Assembly: GCA_040326155.1 (NCBI GenBank)
Contig: JBEQLE010000040.1
Location: 1-39,546, forward strand
Direction of reading: 5' to 3'
From: Leptospirales bacterium
GTDB taxonomy: Bacteria > Spirochaetota > Leptospiria > Turneriellales > JAOUFE01
DNA: 39,546 nucleotides
The translations under genes were made by a program, and so were the position numbers. Of this stretch, positions 38,187-39,546 are shown in pieces; positions within the stretch are counted from its first letter, which is position 1, and every line of letters begins with the position of its first letter. A model generated the notes under the pieces. It made no database searches. It had not been told where the DNA came from and saw nothing but the letters and a program-made list of their open reading frames with translations.

Positions 38187-38250
38187 TTTTTATGCCTTTG
38201 CAGTTAAATTATCTCCTCTTTCGTAATTCTTTAAAAGTATAAACATTTCT

Positions 38251-38330
38251 GTAGTGCGGTCGCATTCCGAACTACATACCTATGAATTTTCTACCTCAAC
38301 ACTCCTAAAATTCAGGTCTCATTTACGGCC
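38251..38330 (+). repeat. GTAG REP-like repeat, copy D
   Basis: GTAGTGCGGTCGCATTCCGAACTACATACCTATGAATTTTCTACCTCAACA...GGTCTCATTTACGGCC. Confidence 0.85.
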
Positions 38331-38333
38331 ATC

Positions 38334-38377
38334 TTCCTCTTTTCCTGCCTTCCTTATCAATCCTTCCTACCTTCCTT
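38334..38377 (-). repeat. Right arm of island 2 (purine-rich repeat, inverted)
   Basis: TTTTCCTGCCTTCCTT...TTCCTACCTTCCTT. Confidence 0.8.
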
Positions 38378-38513
38378 ACAAAAATTTCTTTATTCTCTTT
38401 TTTCCTTCCTGCTGCCCTTGTGGCTAATTTCTGGAACGCTCTATTACAGTAAATAAAACTTGTCGCGAGGTATCGAAGCCATTTTTTGACTTAAATAGCG
38501 GGGTTTTACTATT

Positions 38514-39546
38514 ATGAAAAAGAAAAATATAGCCATTATTGCTCACGTCGACCACGGCAAGACAACTCTTATCGATACTATCCTTAATTTCTGTTCGGGT
38601 ATTGATGAAAAAGATAAAGCAGATCGTGTGATGGATTCGAATGATATCGAAAGAGAACGAGGCATTACGATTTTATCTAAAAATACTGCCGTTCAGTATG
38701 ACGATTATACAGTTAATATTGTGGATACTCCCGGCCACGCTGATTTTGGCGGCGAGGTGGAGCGTGTTCTAAAAATGGTTGACGCTTGTCTTTTACTCGT
38801 GGACGCCTTCGAAGGACCTATGCCACAAACCCGGTTTGTATTAAACAAGGCCCTTGAACTTGGCCTGAAAATTATTCTAGTCATTAATAAAATAGATAGA
38901 GACGGTTCGGACCCGAAAGGCGTTATCGATAAAACCTTCGAACTTTTTCTAGAACTAAACGCTACCGACGCACAAATCGATTTTCCCATTGTCTATGCCA
39001 GCGCTAAAAACGGCTATTCCAAAATTGAGCTGGAAGATGAAGACAAAGACATGAAACCGCTTATGGACGCTATTATTGAACATGCACCTGATTCTTCAGG
39101 GGATGTGGCTGCGAAATTCCAATATCAGGTTACTACGCTTGATTATAATGAATACCTTGGTCGAATTTGTATCGGACGAGTATTCAATGGGGCAGTCAAT
39201 GTCGGCGATACAGTATCGCGAGTTGGACATGATGAAAATGGTAAAGAGGTTATCTCCAACCATAAAGTTACGAAATTATTCAGTTTTCTGGGTCTTAAAA
39301 GAGTGGAAACGCAGCGGGTGGAAGCCGGAGATATTGCTGCCATTGCCGGTCTGCCTGACCTAACCATTGGCGATACCCTTTGCGCTGATGATAAAATGAC
39401 ACCTCTTCCTAGAATTGAAATTGAACCTCCTACAGTTTCGATGCAGTTTCTGGTCAATGATTCACCTTTTGCAGGTCGCGAAGGTAAATATGTTACTTCG
39501 AGAAATCTGCGGGAAAGACTTGAAAAAGAGCTTATGACTAATCTTT
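38514..39546 (+). CDS. typA: Translational GTPase TypA/BipA, partial (runs off window)
   Basis: Manual translation: [19 protein letters not shown]...[18 protein letters not shown]...[16 protein letters not shown]...[16 protein letters not shown]. Confidence 0.96.
   Translation, partial: MKKKNIAIIAHVDHGKTTLIDTILNFCSGIDEKDKADRVMDSNDIERERGITILSKNTAVQYDDYTVNIVDTPGHADFGGEVERVLKMVDACLLLVDAFEGPMPQTRFVLNKALELGLKIILVINKIDRDGSDPKGVIDKTFELFLELNATDAQIDFPIVYASAKNGYSKIELEDEDKDMKPLMDAIIEHAPDSSGDVAAKFQYQVTTLDYNEYLGRICIGRVFNGAVNVGDTVSRVGHDENGKEVISNHKVTKLFSFLGLKRVETQRVEAGDIAAIAGLPDLTIGDTLCADDKMTPLPRIEIEPPTVSMQFLVNDSPFAGREGKYVTSRNLRERLEKELMTNL

Noticed and set aside
12539..38301. DGR template/variable repeats (indel-free 51-bp copies)
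   Set aside because: Differences are not adenine-specific on either strand, copies are intergenic, and no reverse transcriptase is present.
5932..38410. CRISPR array from the repeated elements
   Set aside because: Repeats are dispersed or tandem without regular unique spacers, and there are no cas genes.
2080..39457. Other short antisense or alternate-frame ORFs within long genes (e.g. 5241-5639, 35561-35815, 38705-38989, 39143-39457)
   Set aside because: Shadow ORFs of well-supported CDSs.

Overview
AT-rich bacterial chromosomal segment; the gene styles suggest a Leptospirales-like spirochete (inference). The backbone is housekeeping, signalling and envelope genes: partial DsbA-like protein, hybrid response regulator, adenylate cyclase, xerD, a redoxin/YtkA-like operon, murG, metG, FapA, glk, a PAS-GGDEF-EAL protein, yidC-jag-mnmE, gpmA and partial typA. 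Two accessory islands interrupt it (about 5.9-12.6 kb and 34.3-38.4 kb). Each is bracketed by the same purine-rich inverted repeats, which also occur as an 'empty' 164-bp element at 19449-19612. Island 1, directly downstream of xerD, is an integron-like gene-cassette array with no IntI in the window. Long, covarying, attC-like fold-back repeats (TAAC...GTTA) separate AT-rich defence-type genes (OLD-like ATPase-TOPRIM, HNH-like, PD-(D/E)XK nuclease), and cassettes carry their own 17-19-bp terminal inverted repeats. Island 1 also holds a tRNA-shaped element whose enlarged anticodon arm is complementary to an upstream leader, resembling C4/CI antisense RNAs. Island 2 carries hicAB, an RluA-family gene and another cassette ending in the same attC-like repeat. 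All calls come from motif recognition and manual alignment; no searches were run.
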